A DNA stretch of 58,089 bases from positions 1 through 58,089 of the forward strand of contig JAJUHS010000001.1 of NCBI GenBank assembly GCA_029267755.1, given 5' to 3'. The first letter of the stretch is position 1; the number at the start of each line of letters is the position of its first letter. This stretch comes from Clostridiales bacterium. Its GTDB lineage: Bacteria > Bacillota > Clostridia > Oscillospirales > Oscillospiraceae. The translations under genes and the position numbers were made by a program. Below, piece by piece: positions 28,002-41,062 of this stretch. The notes below the pieces were generated by a model that worked only from the letters and a program-made list of their open reading frames with translations, was not told the DNA's origin and ran no database searches.

Positions 28002-29531
28002 ATGAACGACCGAGTTAAAATTTTCGACACGACCTTGCGGGACGGCGAGCAATCGCCCGGGTGCAGCATGAATTTAAGGGAAAAGCTGGATGTTGCGCGT
28101 CGCCTTGAGCTTCTGAAGGTCGATGTTATAGAGGCGGGCTTCGCAGCCTCCTCACCCGGAGATTTTGAAGCCGTAAAAGCCGTGGCCGATAGGATAAGAG
28201 GCTGCACGGTCGCGTCGCTGGCCAGATGCAACAGGGTCGACATAGACGCAGCTTTCGAAGCTATCAGGAACGCCGCCGACCCGCGCATCCACGTTTTCCT
28301 TGCCACCTCTCCTGTCCATATGCAGTATAAACTGCGCATGACGCAGGAGCAGGTTCTTGAAGCAATAGCGGAGATGGTTAAATACGCAAAGAGCAAGTGC
28401 TCCAACATCGAGTTCTCGGCCGAGGACGCAATGCGCTCCGAGCCCGAATTTCTCGCAAAAGCCGTCGAAGCAGCGATTAATGCCGGCGCGAACGTAGTGA
28501 ATATTCCCGATACCGTCGGCTACGCCACCCCATCGGAAATGCGTGAAATGATTGAGTATCTGCGCAATACCGTTCCCGGCTGCAATGATATCGAGCTTTC
28601 GGTCCACTGCCACAACGACCTTGGCATGGCGACGGCGAACTCGCTCGCCGGCGTCCTCGGCGGAGCGAGACAGGTAGAGTGCACCATAAACGGGATCGGA
28701 GAAAGGGCTGGCAACGCTTCCCTGGAGGAGGTTGTGATGGCCATCAACACCCGTAAGGAGCTTTACGGAGTTTCGACCAATATCGATACCACGAAAATCT
28801 ATAAGACCAGCATGCTCGTCTACAATATAATCGGCAGAACCGCGCCGATGAACAAACCCATTGTAGGAACAAACGCCTTCGCGCACGAGGCCGGAATCCA
28901 CCAGCACGGCGTTTTGGCGAACAGAAGCACCTATGAAATAATGACTCCCGAATCTGTCGGCATAAAGGTGAACCAGATGGTGCTCGGAAAGCATTCCGGC
29001 AAGCATGCCTTTGAAGCAAGGCTTATCGAGCTTGGCTTCGAACTTAGCCCCGAGGAGCTTGAAAGCTGCTTTGCGGAGTTTAAAAAGCTGAGCGACAAGA
29101 AAAAGGAAATTTCGGACAGCGATCTTGAGGCGCTAGCGCGCAATAGAACGCCCGCCGACAAGGAGGAGGGCTTCGTCCTGGAACGCTTCACGGTGCAGGC
29201 CGGCAACATGACCTCCGCAACCTCGGTGGTAGTTCTGAAAAAGAACGGCGAGCTTTTCGAGGACGTCGCGCTGGGCGACGGCCCGGTAGACGCAGCCTTT
29301 AAGGCAGTGGACAAAATCATGGTGCCTCCCGAGCATAGCTTTGAAACCTATTCGACGCATTCTGTCTCCGAAGGCAAGGATACTCTGGGAGAGGTTGTGG
29401 TAACGCTCAGGAAGAGCGACAGGCTCTTTGTCGGCAAAGGCCTCTCCACGGATACGATTGAAGCGAGCATACTTGCGTATATTGCGGCTCTTAACAAGCT
29501 TATTAAATTCTCCCAACCTGTATTGAATTAG
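28002..29531 (+). CDS. leuA: 2-isopropylmalate synthase
   Basis: IFDTTLRDGEQSPG, HCHNDLG, GIGERAGN, HEAGIHQHG, C-terminal allosteric domain. Confidence 0.95.
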   Translation: MNDRVKIFDTTLRDGEQSPGCSMNLREKLDVARRLELLKVDVIEAGFAASSPGDFEAVKAVADRIRGCTVASLARCNRVDIDAAFEAIRNAADPRIHVFLATSPVHMQYKLRMTQEQVLEAIAEMVKYAKSKCSNIEFSAEDAMRSEPEFLAKAVEAAINAGANVVNIPDTVGYATPSEMREMIEYLRNTVPGCNDIELSVHCHNDLGMATANSLAGVLGGARQVECTINGIGERAGNASLEEVVMAINTRKELYGVSTNIDTTKIYKTSMLVYNIIGRTAPMNKPIVGTNAFAHEAGIHQHGVLANRSTYEIMTPESVGIKVNQMVLGKHSGKHAFEARLIELGFELSPEELESCFAEFKKLSDKKKEISDSDLEALARNRTPADKEEGFVLERFTVQAGNMTSATSVVVLKKNGELFEDVALGDGPVDAAFKAVDKIMVPPEHSFETYSTHSVSEGKDTLGEVVVTLRKSDRLFVGKGLSTDTIEASILAYIAALNKLIKFSQPVLN

Positions 29532-29545
29532 GGGTGAACAGTATG

Positions 29546-29617
29546 AAACAATTTCAGGCTTTAATTGATTCAAGTGCGTTTTTATCGCCGCTTTTGCTGC
29601 AACCGAAAAGCATGCAC
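29546..29617 (+). repeat. Dispersed 5'-UTR hairpin element, copy B
   Basis: aaacaatttcaggctttaa...ttcaagtgcgtttttatcgccgcttttgctgcaaccgaaaagcatgcac. Confidence 0.6.
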
Positions 29618-29680
29618 ATTATGGCCATTCCTCTTCATGGTCGTTTTGTGCCCAGAACGATGCGAAAGGAATGGTCATAA

Positions 29681-31342
29681 ATGACAGGCGCGCAAATAAT
29701 CATAGAAACACTAATTGAGCAGGGCATAGATACCGTTTTCGGTTATCCCGGCGGCGCGGTTCTGAATATTTATGACGAGCTTTACAAGGCGAGCGGCAGG
29801 ATACGCCACTTTATCACCTGCCACGAGCAGGGTGCCGCACATGCGGCTGACGGCTTTGCCAGGAGCACCGGTAAAACCGGAGTTGTAATTGCGACCTCGG
29901 GTCCGGGAGCCACGAATCTTGTGACAGGCATCGCGACGGCGTATCTTGACTCCTCCCCGCTTGTTGCGATCACCGGAAACGTCGGTCAGTCGCTCATCGG
30001 AAAGGATAGCTTCCAGGAAGTCGATATTACCGGCATAACGATGCCTATAACCAAGCACAACTATATCGTCAAGGATGTCGAAAAGCTCGCAGACATTATC
30101 AGGGAAGCGATAACGATAGCCAGCGTCGGCCGTCCCGGCCCTGTGCTGATAGACGTTCCGAAGGACATTCAGACCGCAAAATGCGAGTTCGTCCCGAAGG
30201 GCAAAGCGCCTCCTTCCGGCGCCGCGGAGATTTCGGACGAAGCTGTTAAGTCGGCTATAGAACTGATTGGCCAGTCGAAAAAGCCTTATATCTACGCAGG
30301 CGGTGGAGTGGTTATAGCGGACGCCTCCAAGGAGCTTTTGGAATTTGCGGATAAAATCGACGCCCCTATCGGACTCAGCATGATGGGTCTTTCGGCTGTT
30401 CCGGGCGATCACCCCAGAAATCTCGGAATGTCGGGCATGCACGGCAGATATGCCGCCTCCAAGATGCTGTTCGAGTCGGATCTTATCGTTGCGGTAGGAA
30501 CAAGGTTTTCAGACAGGGCCACCGGCTGCAAGATCAGCTTCTCCAGAGGCCGCAAGATACTGCACATCGATATCGACCCGGCCGAGATCGGCAAAAACAT
30601 ACCGGCTTACGTTTCGGTTATCGGAGATGTCAAGGCGGTTCTCAAAAAGCTTAATTTGCAGCTTGAAAAGACATCGCGCCCCGATTGGAAGTCCGAAATA
30701 GACGCCGTAAAATACAGCCCGGAAAACGAAATTCCGAGTTCCGGAAACGCGCTCCCGCCGCAGTATGTCATTGAAAGCGTGCGAAGCTTTATGAAGGACG
30801 ACGAGATCGCCGTTACCGACGTCGGACAACACCAAATGTGGGCCAGCCAGTTTTACAGGCTGGGAAACCCGAGGACCTTCATTACCTCCGGCGGGCTCGG
30901 CACGATGGGCTTCGGCATGGGGGCCGCGATAGGCGCCTGCATAGCCAATGGCAAAAAGCGTACCGTGCTCTTCACCGGCGACGGAAGCTTCCACATGAAC
31001 CTGAACGAGCTTGCGACCGCCGTAACAAACAATCTTCCGCTTATTATAGTCGTAATGAACAACAGCGTTCTCGGCATGGTAAGGCAGTGGCAGACAATAT
31101 TCTTCGACAGGCGCTACTCCAATACGACGCTTCAGCGAAAAACCGATTTTGTCAGGCTCGCCGAGGCGTTCGGAGCAGGCGGATACCGCGCCGAGAGCAA
31201 GGAAGCCTTCGACGCGGCGCTACGGAAAGCTTTTGATACCGATGGTCCCGTACTGATCGAAGCCGTCATAGACAGCGACGAGAAGGTGCTGCCGATGATC
31301 CCTCCCGGCGGCACAATAGACGATATTATTTTAAGGGGGTAG
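29681..31342 (+). CDS. ilvB: Acetolactate synthase large subunit
   Basis: FGYPGGA, HEQGA, TSGPGATN, GDGSFHMN TPP-binding motif. Confidence 0.97.
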   Translation: MTGAQIIIETLIEQGIDTVFGYPGGAVLNIYDELYKASGRIRHFITCHEQGAAHAADGFARSTGKTGVVIATSGPGATNLVTGIATAYLDSSPLVAITGNVGQSLIGKDSFQEVDITGITMPITKHNYIVKDVEKLADIIREAITIASVGRPGPVLIDVPKDIQTAKCEFVPKGKAPPSGAAEISDEAVKSAIELIGQSKKPYIYAGGGVVIADASKELLEFADKIDAPIGLSMMGLSAVPGDHPRNLGMSGMHGRYAASKMLFESDLIVAVGTRFSDRATGCKISFSRGRKILHIDIDPAEIGKNIPAYVSVIGDVKAVLKKLNLQLEKTSRPDWKSEIDAVKYSPENEIPSSGNALPPQYVIESVRSFMKDDEIAVTDVGQHQMWASQFYRLGNPRTFITSGGLGTMGFGMGAAIGACIANGKKRTVLFTGDGSFHMNLNELATAVTNNLPLIIVVMNNSVLGMVRQWQTIFFDRRYSNTTLQRKTDFVRLAEAFGAGGYRAESKEAFDAALRKAFDTDGPVLIEAVIDSDEKVLPMIPPGGTIDDIILRG

Positions 31343-31346
31343 CAGG

Positions 31347-32860
<1,514 letters not shown>

Positions 32861-32863
32861 GGT

Positions 32864-34534
32864 ATGCTGATGAGAAGTGACAGTGTTTTAAGAGGAGTTG
32901 AACGCGCCCCGCACCGTTCGCTCTTCAAGGCCATGGGCTACACCGACGGGCAGCTGAAAAAGCCGCTGATTGGAATCGTAAACTCCTTCAACGAAATTAT
33001 TCCCGGTCATATGCACCTGAACCAGATAGCCCGGGCGGTCAAGGACGGCGTACTAGCGTCCGGCGGAACGCCGATCGAATTCAACACCATCGGAATCTGC
33101 GACGGCATTGCGATGGGCCACGAGGGCATGAAATTCTCCCTCGCAAGCCGCGAGCTTATTGCCGACAGTATTGAGTGCATGGTAATGGCGCACTGCTTTG
33201 ACGGACTTGTGTTCATCCCGAACTGTGACAAGATCATTCCCGGAATGCTGATGGCGGCGGCGAGACTGAACATCCCCTCTATTTTCGTATCGGGCGGCCC
33301 CATGCTCTCGCTCGAGGGCAAAAACGGAAAGTTCATGGATCTAAACACTGTGTTCGAGGCAGTAGGCTCCTGCAAGGCCGGCACCATGAACGAAGCGGAA
33401 CTCTCCTATTACGAGGATAACGCCTGCCCCGGCTGCGGCTCCTGTGCCGGAATGTTCACCGCGAACTCCATGAACTGCCTTTCGGAGGCGCTCGGTATGG
33501 CGCTTTCCGGAAACGGCACGATTCCTGCTGTGTATGCGTCGCGTTTAAGGCTTGCGAAAGCCGCCGGAGCACAGATAATGGATCTCGTCAGAGAAAATAT
33601 AAGGCCGCTGGATATCATGACCGAAAAGGCATTTAAAAACGCCCTTGCCGTAGACATGTCGCTAGGCTGTTCTACGAACTCTGTTCTGCACCTCACCGCG
33701 ATAGCGAACGAGGCTGGCGTCAGAATCGACCTGAGAAAGATTAACGAAATAAGCGAAAGCACGCCAAACCTCTGCAAGCTCTCCCCCGCCGGCCCTCACC
33801 ATTTGCAGGACCTTAACGCTGCGGGCGGCGTACATGCTGTTATGAGCGAGCTTCTGAAAGCGGGGCTTTTGGACGGCGCTTCGATTACCGTCACCGGCAA
33901 AACCGTCGCCGAGAACCTTTATGGAGTCCGCATACTCGATAGCAATGTAATCAGGAGCATAGATAACGCTTACTCCAAATCCGGGGGAATCGCAATTTTG
34001 TTCGGCTCCCTCGCTCCTGACGGCGCTGTCGTCAAGCGCAGCGCGGTAGCCCCGGAAATGCAGCATCACAAGGGACCGGCAAGGGTCTTTGAATCCGAGG
34101 AGCAGGCAATAAAAGCCATCTACTCGGGAGCGATTCATCCCGGCGACGTAGTCGTCATCAGGAACGAAGGCCCCGCAGGCGGCCCGGGAATGCGTGAAAT
34201 GCTGCTTCCAACCTCCGCAATTGCGGGAATGGGCCTAGACAAGGATGTCGCCCTGATTACCGACGGGCGTTTTTCCGGCGCCACAAGGGGCGCGGCTGTC
34301 GGTCACGTTTCTCCCGAAGCGCAGCGGAGCGGCCCCATTGCTTATGTCTGTGAGGGAGATACTATTGAGATTAACATCCCGGAATACCGTCTTGACCTGC
34401 TTATCAGCGACGATGAGCTTGAGCGCAGAAAAAAGACCATGGCGCTTTATCCTCAGCCGGAAAGAAAGGGCTACCTTAACCGCTATTCCAGAATGGTATC
34501 CTCTGCCGACAGAGGCGCGGTGCTGTCATACTAA
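32864..34534 (+). CDS. ilvD: Dihydroxy-acid dehydratase
   Basis: [30 protein letters not shown]. Confidence 0.97.
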   Translation: MLMRSDSVLRGVERAPHRSLFKAMGYTDGQLKKPLIGIVNSFNEIIPGHMHLNQIARAVKDGVLASGGTPIEFNTIGICDGIAMGHEGMKFSLASRELIADSIECMVMAHCFDGLVFIPNCDKIIPGMLMAAARLNIPSIFVSGGPMLSLEGKNGKFMDLNTVFEAVGSCKAGTMNEAELSYYEDNACPGCGSCAGMFTANSMNCLSEALGMALSGNGTIPAVYASRLRLAKAAGAQIMDLVRENIRPLDIMTEKAFKNALAVDMSLGCSTNSVLHLTAIANEAGVRIDLRKINEISESTPNLCKLSPAGPHHLQDLNAAGGVHAVMSELLKAGLLDGASITVTGKTVAENLYGVRILDSNVIRSIDNAYSKSGGIAILFGSLAPDGAVVKRSAVAPEMQHHKGPARVFESEEQAIKAIYSGAIHPGDVVVIRNEGPAGGPGMREMLLPTSAIAGMGLDKDVALITDGRFSGATRGAAVGHVSPEAQRSGPIAYVCEGDTIEINIPEYRLDLLISDDELERRKKTMALYPQPERKGYLNRYSRMVSSADRGAVLSY

Positions 34535-34567
34535 AGCCAGTTTTGCCAAAAATCAAATTGAAACGAG

Positions 34568-36160
34568 GTGAGTAAAGTGAAACGACTTGAAATATTTGAT
34601 TCTATCCTGCGGGACGGCGCTCAGGGAGAGGGTATCTCGTTTTCCGTTCAGGATAAGCTAAACATTGTCCACGCACTTGATGAATTTGGAGTGGCGTATA
34701 TTGAAGCGGGAAACCCATCCTCAAACCCGAAGGATATTGAATTTTTTCAAAAGGCCTCTAAGCTGAAGCTTAAAAATGCCAAGCTCTGCGCATTCGGAAG
34801 CACAAGAAGGAAGGGAATGCGCGCCGACGAGGATGAAAACGTTCTTTCTCTGCTTAAGGCCGATACTCGCGCCGTTTCAATTTTCGGCAAAGCGTGGGAT
34901 ATCCACGCGACCGAAATTATAAAGGTCTCGCTTGAAGAAAATATTGAAATGGTAAGAGAAACCGTATCATTTTTGAAAAGCAAGGGCAAGGAGCTTATTT
35001 TCGACGCCGAGCATTTCTTTGACGGCTACAAGAATAATCCCGAATACGCGCTGACGGTGCTTAAGGCCGCCGCCGAGGGCGGCGCCGACGCGCTCTGCCT
35101 CTGCGATACGAACGGTGGGACCTTCCCGGACGAGGTTTTTGAAATCACAAAGCTCGTATGCGAAATGTACCCTAATCTTCGCATAGGCATACACTGCCAC
35201 AACGACACCGGCTGCGCGGTTGCGAATTCGCTTATGGCCGTTAAGGCGGGCGCTGTGCAGATACAGGGTACGTTTACCGGCATCGGCGAGCGCTGCGGCA
35301 ATGCGGATCTCAGCGTACTTATCGCCGACCTGCAGCTCAAAAAGGGTTATCGCTGCGTAGAGGGAGATATGAGCCGGCTTTCCGATACCGTGATAAGGAT
35401 ATCGTCAATTTCCAATCTCATTGTGCCCAAGGATAAACCGTTTACCGGCGAAAGCGCATTTGCGCACAAGGGTGGAATGCATATTGACGGGGTTTCAAAG
35501 CTTCCCAGCTCATTTGAGCACATCGACCCCGAGACTGTCGGCAACGCAAGGCGCTTTTTGATGTCCGAGGTGTCTGGAAGAACCACCATCCTTGCAAAGC
35601 TTAAGGATATCGCCCCAGAATTCACCAAGGATTCCCCTGAGGTTATTGAAATCATGAGGCGGCTGAAGCAGCAAGAGCATGAGGGCTATCAGTTCGAATC
35701 CGCCGACGCGAGCCTGGAGCTTTTCATCCTCAAGGTTTTAGGCAGATATAAGCCTCATTTTGAGCTCAATATGTATAAAACGACCGGCGAATACCCGGCG
35801 GCGAACCCCGAGCTGGCTTCATATGCGATGATAAATATTGAGGTTGACGGCGAAAATGAAACAGCGGCGTCACTTGGGAACGGCCCTGTTCATGCCCTCG
35901 ACTCCGCCCTCCGCAAGGCTCTCGTGGTTTTCTACCCGCAGCTTTTAAAGATGCGCCTTATCGATTACAAGGTCAGGGTGCTTGAGGGCAGCCACGCCAC
36001 AGCGGCACAGGTAAGGGTTCTGATCGAATCCACAGATGGCGAAACCACCTGGACCACTGTCGGAGTATCCACCGACATTATTCAGGCAAGCTGGCTGGCT
36101 CTCGCTGATTCATTTGAATACATGCTTTCAAAAACAGCGAACGAGAAAGCCAAAGTCTGA
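34568..36160 (+). CDS. cimA: Citramalate synthase (LeuA-like CimA)
   Basis: [32 protein letters not shown] motifs typical of bacterial CimA. Confidence 0.88.
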   Translation: MSKVKRLEIFDSILRDGAQGEGISFSVQDKLNIVHALDEFGVAYIEAGNPSSNPKDIEFFQKASKLKLKNAKLCAFGSTRRKGMRADEDENVLSLLKADTRAVSIFGKAWDIHATEIIKVSLEENIEMVRETVSFLKSKGKELIFDAEHFFDGYKNNPEYALTVLKAAAEGGADALCLCDTNGGTFPDEVFEITKLVCEMYPNLRIGIHCHNDTGCAVANSLMAVKAGAVQIQGTFTGIGERCGNADLSVLIADLQLKKGYRCVEGDMSRLSDTVIRISSISNLIVPKDKPFTGESAFAHKGGMHIDGVSKLPSSFEHIDPETVGNARRFLMSEVSGRTTILAKLKDIAPEFTKDSPEVIEIMRRLKQQEHEGYQFESADASLELFILKVLGRYKPHFELNMYKTTGEYPAANPELASYAMINIEVDGENETAASLGNGPVHALDSALRKALVVFYPQLLKMRLIDYKVRVLEGSHATAAQVRVLIESTDGETTWTTVGVSTDIIQASWLALADSFEYMLSKTANEKAKV

Positions 36161-36174
36161 AATGATACGGAAAT

Positions 36175-36226
36175 CACTCAACGCGCGTTTTTCTCGCCGC
36201 TTACGCGGCGACCGAAAAAATGCACA
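36175..36226 (+). repeat. Dispersed 5'-UTR hairpin element, copy C
   Basis: cactcaacgcgcgtttttctcgccgcttacgcggcgaccgaaaaaatgcaca. Confidence 0.65.
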
Positions 36227-36266
36227 ATATTGTGCCTTAAGCAATGCGAAAGGAATGATAATAATT

Positions 36267-37526
36267 ATGGGAATGACAATGTCTCAGAAAATAATCGCCG
36301 CCCACGCGGGGCGCGACAGTGTAAAAGCGGGCGAAATCGTGATGGCGAAGCTCGACATGGTGCTGGGCAACGACATCACGGCTCCCGTGGCGATCAAGGA
36401 ATTTTACAAGGCAAAGACGTCCTGCGTTTTCGATTGCGGGAAAATCGCGCTTGTAATGGATCACTTCACTCCAAACAAAGACATAAAGGCCGCAGAACAG
36501 TGCAAGGCTGTCAGGGATTTTGCAAGGGAAAAGGGCGTCGTAAACTTTTTTGATGTCGGCGAGGTCGGAGTAGAACATGCTCTGCTTCCCGAAAAAGGTC
36601 TTGTCGGCAGCGGAGACCTCATAATCGGCGCGGACTCGCACACCTGCACCTACGGCGCACTCGGCGCGTTCTCGACCGGAGTCGGCTCAACGGATATGGC
36701 ATACGCAATGGCCACCGGAACCGCCTGGTTCAAGGTTCCCACTGCGATAAAGTTCGTGCTTCGAAATAAGCCCCAAAAATGGGTATCTGGCAAGGACGTA
36801 ATTTTACACATCATCGGCAAGATAGGCGTAAACGGCGCTCAGTACAAGTCGATGGAGTTCACCGGCGACGGACTTAAGAACCTTACGATTGACGATAGGC
36901 TCTGCATGGCTAACATGGCCATCGAGGCCGGCGCGAAAAACGGCATTTTCGAGTATGATGAAATAACCGCGGCTTATGAAGCCGAGCATAGGAGTAAAAA
37001 ACCCGTTATTTACAAAGCAGACGAGGATGCGGAGTACGAAAAAGTAATCGAGATCGACCTTTCCGCTATAAAACCCACCGTTGCCTTCCCCCACCTGCCC
37101 GAGAATACAAGAACCATTGACGAGGTTGGCGAGGTGAAGATCGATCAGGTCGTTATCGGCTCCTGCACCAACGGCAGACTTGAGGACCTCGAGATCGCCG
37201 CCGGCATCCTTAAGGGCAGAAAAGTCCATAAGGACTGCCGCGTGCTGATAATCCCCGCGACGCAGAAAATCTATCTCGAGGCAATGCAAAAGGGCTATCT
37301 CGAGATTTTCATAAACTCAGGCTGCGCCGTATCGACTCCCACCTGCGGCCCTTGCCTCGGCGGACATATGGGCGTCCTGGCGAAGGGCGAAAGAGCCGTT
37401 GCGACGACAAACCGCAACTTCGTCGGACGCATGGGACATACGGAGAGCGAGGTTTACCTTGCAAGCCCCGCAATCGCGGCGGCCTCTGCTATAGCTGGTA
37501 AGATTGCTTCCCCCGAGCAGATTTAA
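36267..37526 (+). CDS. leuC: 3-isopropylmalate dehydratase large subunit
   Basis: [33 protein letters not shown]; start MGMTMSQKI. Confidence 0.95.
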   Translation: MGMTMSQKIIAAHAGRDSVKAGEIVMAKLDMVLGNDITAPVAIKEFYKAKTSCVFDCGKIALVMDHFTPNKDIKAAEQCKAVRDFAREKGVVNFFDVGEVGVEHALLPEKGLVGSGDLIIGADSHTCTYGALGAFSTGVGSTDMAYAMATGTAWFKVPTAIKFVLRNKPQKWVSGKDVILHIIGKIGVNGAQYKSMEFTGDGLKNLTIDDRLCMANMAIEAGAKNGIFEYDEITAAYEAEHRSKKPVIYKADEDAEYEKVIEIDLSAIKPTVAFPHLPENTRTIDEVGEVKIDQVVIGSCTNGRLEDLEIAAGILKGRKVHKDCRVLIIPATQKIYLEAMQKGYLEIFINSGCAVSTPTCGPCLGGHMGVLAKGERAVATTNRNFVGRMGHTESEVYLASPAIAAASAIAGKIASPEQI

Positions 37527-37538
37527 GGAGGTGCTGTA

Positions 37539-38039
37539 ATGAACGCGAAAGGAAAAGTTATAAAATACGGCAACAACGTCGATACAGACGTAATAATCCC
37601 GGCAAGATATCTTAACACCACCGACGAGAAGGAGCTTGCCTCCCACTGCATGGAGGATCTCGACAAGACCTTCCCGAGCCGCGTTGCGGCAGGATGCACC
37701 ATTATGGTTGCGGGACAGAATTTCGGCTGCGGCTCGTCCAGGGAGCATGCCCCCCTTTCAATAAAGGCCGCTGGTATCTCTTGCGTCATAGCCGAGGATT
37801 TCGCGCGAATCTTCTTCAGAAACGCCATCAATATCGGACTTCCTATAGTTGAATCCCCAGAAGCTGCAGCTTCGATTGAGGACGGAGATAATGTAGAGGT
37901 CTACTTTGACGAGGGTATCATCAAAAATGTCACAAAGGGCAAGGAATTTAAAATTGCCCCCTTTCCCCCCTTCCTGCAAGCGATAATCTCCGCAGGCGGA
38001 CTTCTCGCCGCCGCGGAAAAAGGAAGGCTTATGCCTTAA
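37539..38039 (+). CDS. leuD: 3-isopropylmalate dehydratase small subunit
   Basis: [18 protein letters not shown]. Confidence 0.95.
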   Translation: MNAKGKVIKYGNNVDTDVIIPARYLNTTDEKELASHCMEDLDKTFPSRVAAGCTIMVAGQNFGCGSSREHAPLSIKAAGISCVIAEDFARIFFRNAINIGLPIVESPEAAASIEDGDNVEVYFDEGIIKNVTKGKEFKIAPFPPFLQAIISAGGLLAAAEKGRLMP

Positions 38040-38060
38040 CGAATAGAAAGGAACAGCAAT

Positions 38061-39134
38061 ATGAACTATAAAATCGCACTTGTCAGAGGCGACGGTATCG
38101 GCCCTGAGATAATCGACTCCGCAGTTAAGGTTTTAGACCGCATAGGTAAAAAATTCGGACACCAGTTTATGTATACCGACGTGCTCGCGGGAGGCTGCGC
38201 CATCGACGCAACAGGCGAGCCGCTGCCCGAGCAGAGCGTCGAAACCTGTCTTAAGAGCGACAGCGTAATGCTCGGAGCGGTCGGCGGTCCGAAGTGGGAT
38301 ACGCTGCCGGGGCATTTACGTCCGGAGAGAGCCCTGCTTGGGCTACGAAGCGCAATGAAGCTTTACGCTAACATCCGTCCCGCGGTTCTATATGACGCGC
38401 TGGTATCAGAATGCCCGCTCAGAACAAGCATTGCCAAAGAGGGCATAGACCTTATCGTAGTGCGCGAGCTAACCGGCGGAATTTACTACGGAGAACGCGG
38501 CCGCGGCGAAGGTCCCATGGGCCGCGACGCCTTTGATACCGAGCGCTACTCCGTTACGGAAATCGAGCGTATCGGACGAATTGCTTTTGAGATGGCAATG
38601 AAGCGCCGCAAAAAACTAACAAGCATCGATAAAGCAAACGTGCTGGAAAGCTCGAGGCTCTGGCGTGAAACCATGCACGAGCTAAAAAAGGAGTATCCGG
38701 AGGTTGAATACTCCGACATGCTGGTTGACAACGCCGCGATGCAGCTTGTTCGCAGGCCATCTCAGTTTGACGTAGTCGTTACGAGTAACATGTTCGGCGA
38801 CATACTTTCTGACGAAGCCTCGATGATAACCGGCTCAATCGGGCTTCTGCCCTCCGCCTCCCTCGGCGCTTCCAAACTCGGAATGTACGAGCCGATTCAC
38901 GGCTCTGCCCCCGATATTGCCGGAAAGGGCATCGCAAACCCGATAGCGACTATACTTTCCGCCGCGATGATGCTGAGGTTCTCCTTCGATCTTGAGGCTG
39001 AAGCAAAGTGCATAGATGACGCGGTTTCCGAGGTTCTTCGCTCCGGCGCGAGGACAGCCGACATCATGGGCGACAGCAAGGCGAAAGCCCTTTCCACCGA
39101 CGAAATGACGGCTTTGATTTTAAACAGGCTATAA
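38061..39134 (+). CDS. leuB: 3-isopropylmalate dehydrogenase
   Basis: GDGIGPE, NMFGDILSD, EPIHGSAPDIAG. Confidence 0.97.
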   Translation: MNYKIALVRGDGIGPEIIDSAVKVLDRIGKKFGHQFMYTDVLAGGCAIDATGEPLPEQSVETCLKSDSVMLGAVGGPKWDTLPGHLRPERALLGLRSAMKLYANIRPAVLYDALVSECPLRTSIAKEGIDLIVVRELTGGIYYGERGRGEGPMGRDAFDTERYSVTEIERIGRIAFEMAMKRRKKLTSIDKANVLESSRLWRETMHELKKEYPEVEYSDMLVDNAAMQLVRRPSQFDVVVTSNMFGDILSDEASMITGSIGLLPSASLGASKLGMYEPIHGSAPDIAGKGIANPIATILSAAMMLRFSFDLEAEAKCIDDAVSEVLRSGARTADIMGDSKAKALSTDEMTALILNRL

Positions 39135-39173
39135 GCTTAGGTGAGTGCTGATCACACTCCTATTATCCAAATA

Positions 39174-39217
39174 AAAAAGTTGGGGTTAAAGAAATAAAAC
39201 CCCAACTTTTCTATTTT
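39174..39217 (+). terminator. Terminator of the leu-ilv operon
   Basis: aaaagttggggtt...aaccccaactttt. Confidence 0.8.
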
Positions 39218-39308
39218 GGAACTTAAGTGAGCCGTTAAAAATAGCGATAATAAAATTAAGGATGTGGTGAAACCTACTTAAAAACTTGTGTTAAAACGGA
39301 GGACTAAA

Positions 39309-40964
39309 ATGTGGTTTAAAAATCTAAAAATGAAGTGGAAGCTATTTGTGGGCTTTCTTATTGTCGCAATCATGGCCGGGCTCATCGGCGGGATCGGCAT
39401 TTTCAGCTTATCAATGGTAAATTCCAAATACAGCTCCCTATATTTGAGCGATACGCGCCCTCTTGAATACCTTGAAAACGTCGCGGTAGCTTTCCAGCGC
39501 ACAAGGCTTAATATGTACCGGGTAATCGTTTCCACTGGAACGGACCAGAAGTCATATTACGACAGGCTTCAATCGTTCAATGATGAAATGTACGCCAATC
39601 TGGAAGAGTATAAAAAATATATCTCGTCAGAAGATGAGGAAAAACAGTATCAGGCTCTGATTGCAGAACTGAAAACCTACATACCGATACGGGAAAAAGT
39701 TCTCCGTCTGGCGATGGAAGGCAAGGTTTCCGAGGCCAGCCAGTCGGCGGCAAATGACGAAAAGCCGTACGGCACCACAGTCGACGGATTGATTGACTCG
39801 CTTTACACCCTCAAGCTGAAAATGGCCGATGACACCTATGCTCACAACAACTCTACCGTTAAGCTTATGATTGCTCTGACCATTGGGCTTACGGCACTGG
39901 TTTTTTGTCTTTCGCTTATCATCAGCATAATCTTAGCCAAGAAGGTCACAAAGCCTCTGGATAGTATATTAGACGCATCAAAAAAACTGACCTTAGGTGA
40001 CGTCGAAGCAACCGTCGACTTCGAATCAGAGGATGAAATCGGAACTTTGGCGAAAGCGTTTGGCGAGATGGCAAAAAATATTCGCGCCCAAGCGCTTATA
40101 GCTGAAAAAATAGCCGACGGCGACCTTACTATCAACGTCCCCATACGTTCCGAAAAGGATTTACTTGGCATTAAGCTCAGAAATCTGGTCGACACAAACA
40201 ATAATGTACTAAAAAATATCCACTCCTCCGCCCAGCTTGTAATGAACAACGCCCAGCAGGTGGCCGCTTCCAGCCAAAGCCTGGCGCAGAGCTCGACCGA
40301 ACAGGCAAGTGCAATCGAGGAAATATCCGTTTCAATAAGGGAAATAGGATATCAGGCTAAAAAGAATTCCGAGCAGGCCGAAAAAGCAAACGAAATCTCT
40401 GCGAAGGTGAAGAGTATGGCCGAGCAGAGCAACTCTCTGATGTCAGATATGCTAAAAGCCATGTCCGACATAAACGATTCGTCAAAGGACATTTCGGCTA
40501 TACTTAAGCTTATTGAGGACATTGCATTCCAGACGAATATACTTGCTTTAAACGCCGCAGTGGAGGCCGCACGCGCCGGGCAGGCCGGGAAAGGCTTCGC
40601 TGTCGTAGCTGAGGAGGTTAAGAATCTTGCTTCCAAAACTGCGGTTGCAGCTAAGGAAACCGCAGCAAAAATTACAGAAACTATAAGCAAAACGGATGCC
40701 GGCTCCAGATACGCGGAGCAAACAGCCAATTCCCTGAGCGAGATCACCGCCGGCATAGCTACAACCGCCGAATTTCTTAGTGAGATTGCCAAAATGGCAG
40801 TCAATCAGTCTGAAGGAATCGGACAAATCGATATGGCTATTAATCAGATGTCGCAGGTCGTGCAGAATGTTTCGGCAATCTCAGAGGAGAATGCGGCGGA
40901 AAGCCAGGAGTTGTCGATGCACTCGGAGAAAATGAGGAAGCTGATCGAGCAATATAAATTGTAA
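39309..40964 (+). CDS. Methyl-accepting chemotaxis protein (4-helix-bundle sensor, HAMP, signalling domain)
   Basis: Two TM helices, [33 protein letters not shown]. Confidence 0.95.
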   Translation: MWFKNLKMKWKLFVGFLIVAIMAGLIGGIGIFSLSMVNSKYSSLYLSDTRPLEYLENVAVAFQRTRLNMYRVIVSTGTDQKSYYDRLQSFNDEMYANLEEYKKYISSEDEEKQYQALIAELKTYIPIREKVLRLAMEGKVSEASQSAANDEKPYGTTVDGLIDSLYTLKLKMADDTYAHNNSTVKLMIALTIGLTALVFCLSLIISIILAKKVTKPLDSILDASKKLTLGDVEATVDFESEDEIGTLAKAFGEMAKNIRAQALIAEKIADGDLTINVPIRSEKDLLGIKLRNLVDTNNNVLKNIHSSAQLVMNNAQQVAASSQSLAQSSTEQASAIEEISVSIREIGYQAKKNSEQAEKANEISAKVKSMAEQSNSLMSDMLKAMSDINDSSKDISAILKLIEDIAFQTNILALNAAVEAARAGQAGKGFAVVAEEVKNLASKTAVAAKETAAKITETISKTDAGSRYAEQTANSLSEITAGIATTAEFLSEIAKMAVNQSEGIGQIDMAINQMSQVVQNVSAISEENAAESQELSMHSEKMRKLIEQYKL

Positions 40965-40986
40965 TCAACTATTTTTTCTGCAAACG

Positions 40987-41024
40987 AAAACCCTTTGGAA
41001 TCTATAAGACTCCAAAGGGTTTTT
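40987..41024. terminator. Bidirectional terminator
   Basis: aaaaccctttgga...tccaaagggtttt. Confidence 0.8.
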
Positions 41025-41062
41025 GATATCTAGCGATCCAAAGTACCGGCCAGAAGTCTTTT

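Noticed and set aside
36036..36266. N-terminal extension of LeuC in the ORF track
   Set aside because: Overlaps cimA; homology and RBS support the start at 36267
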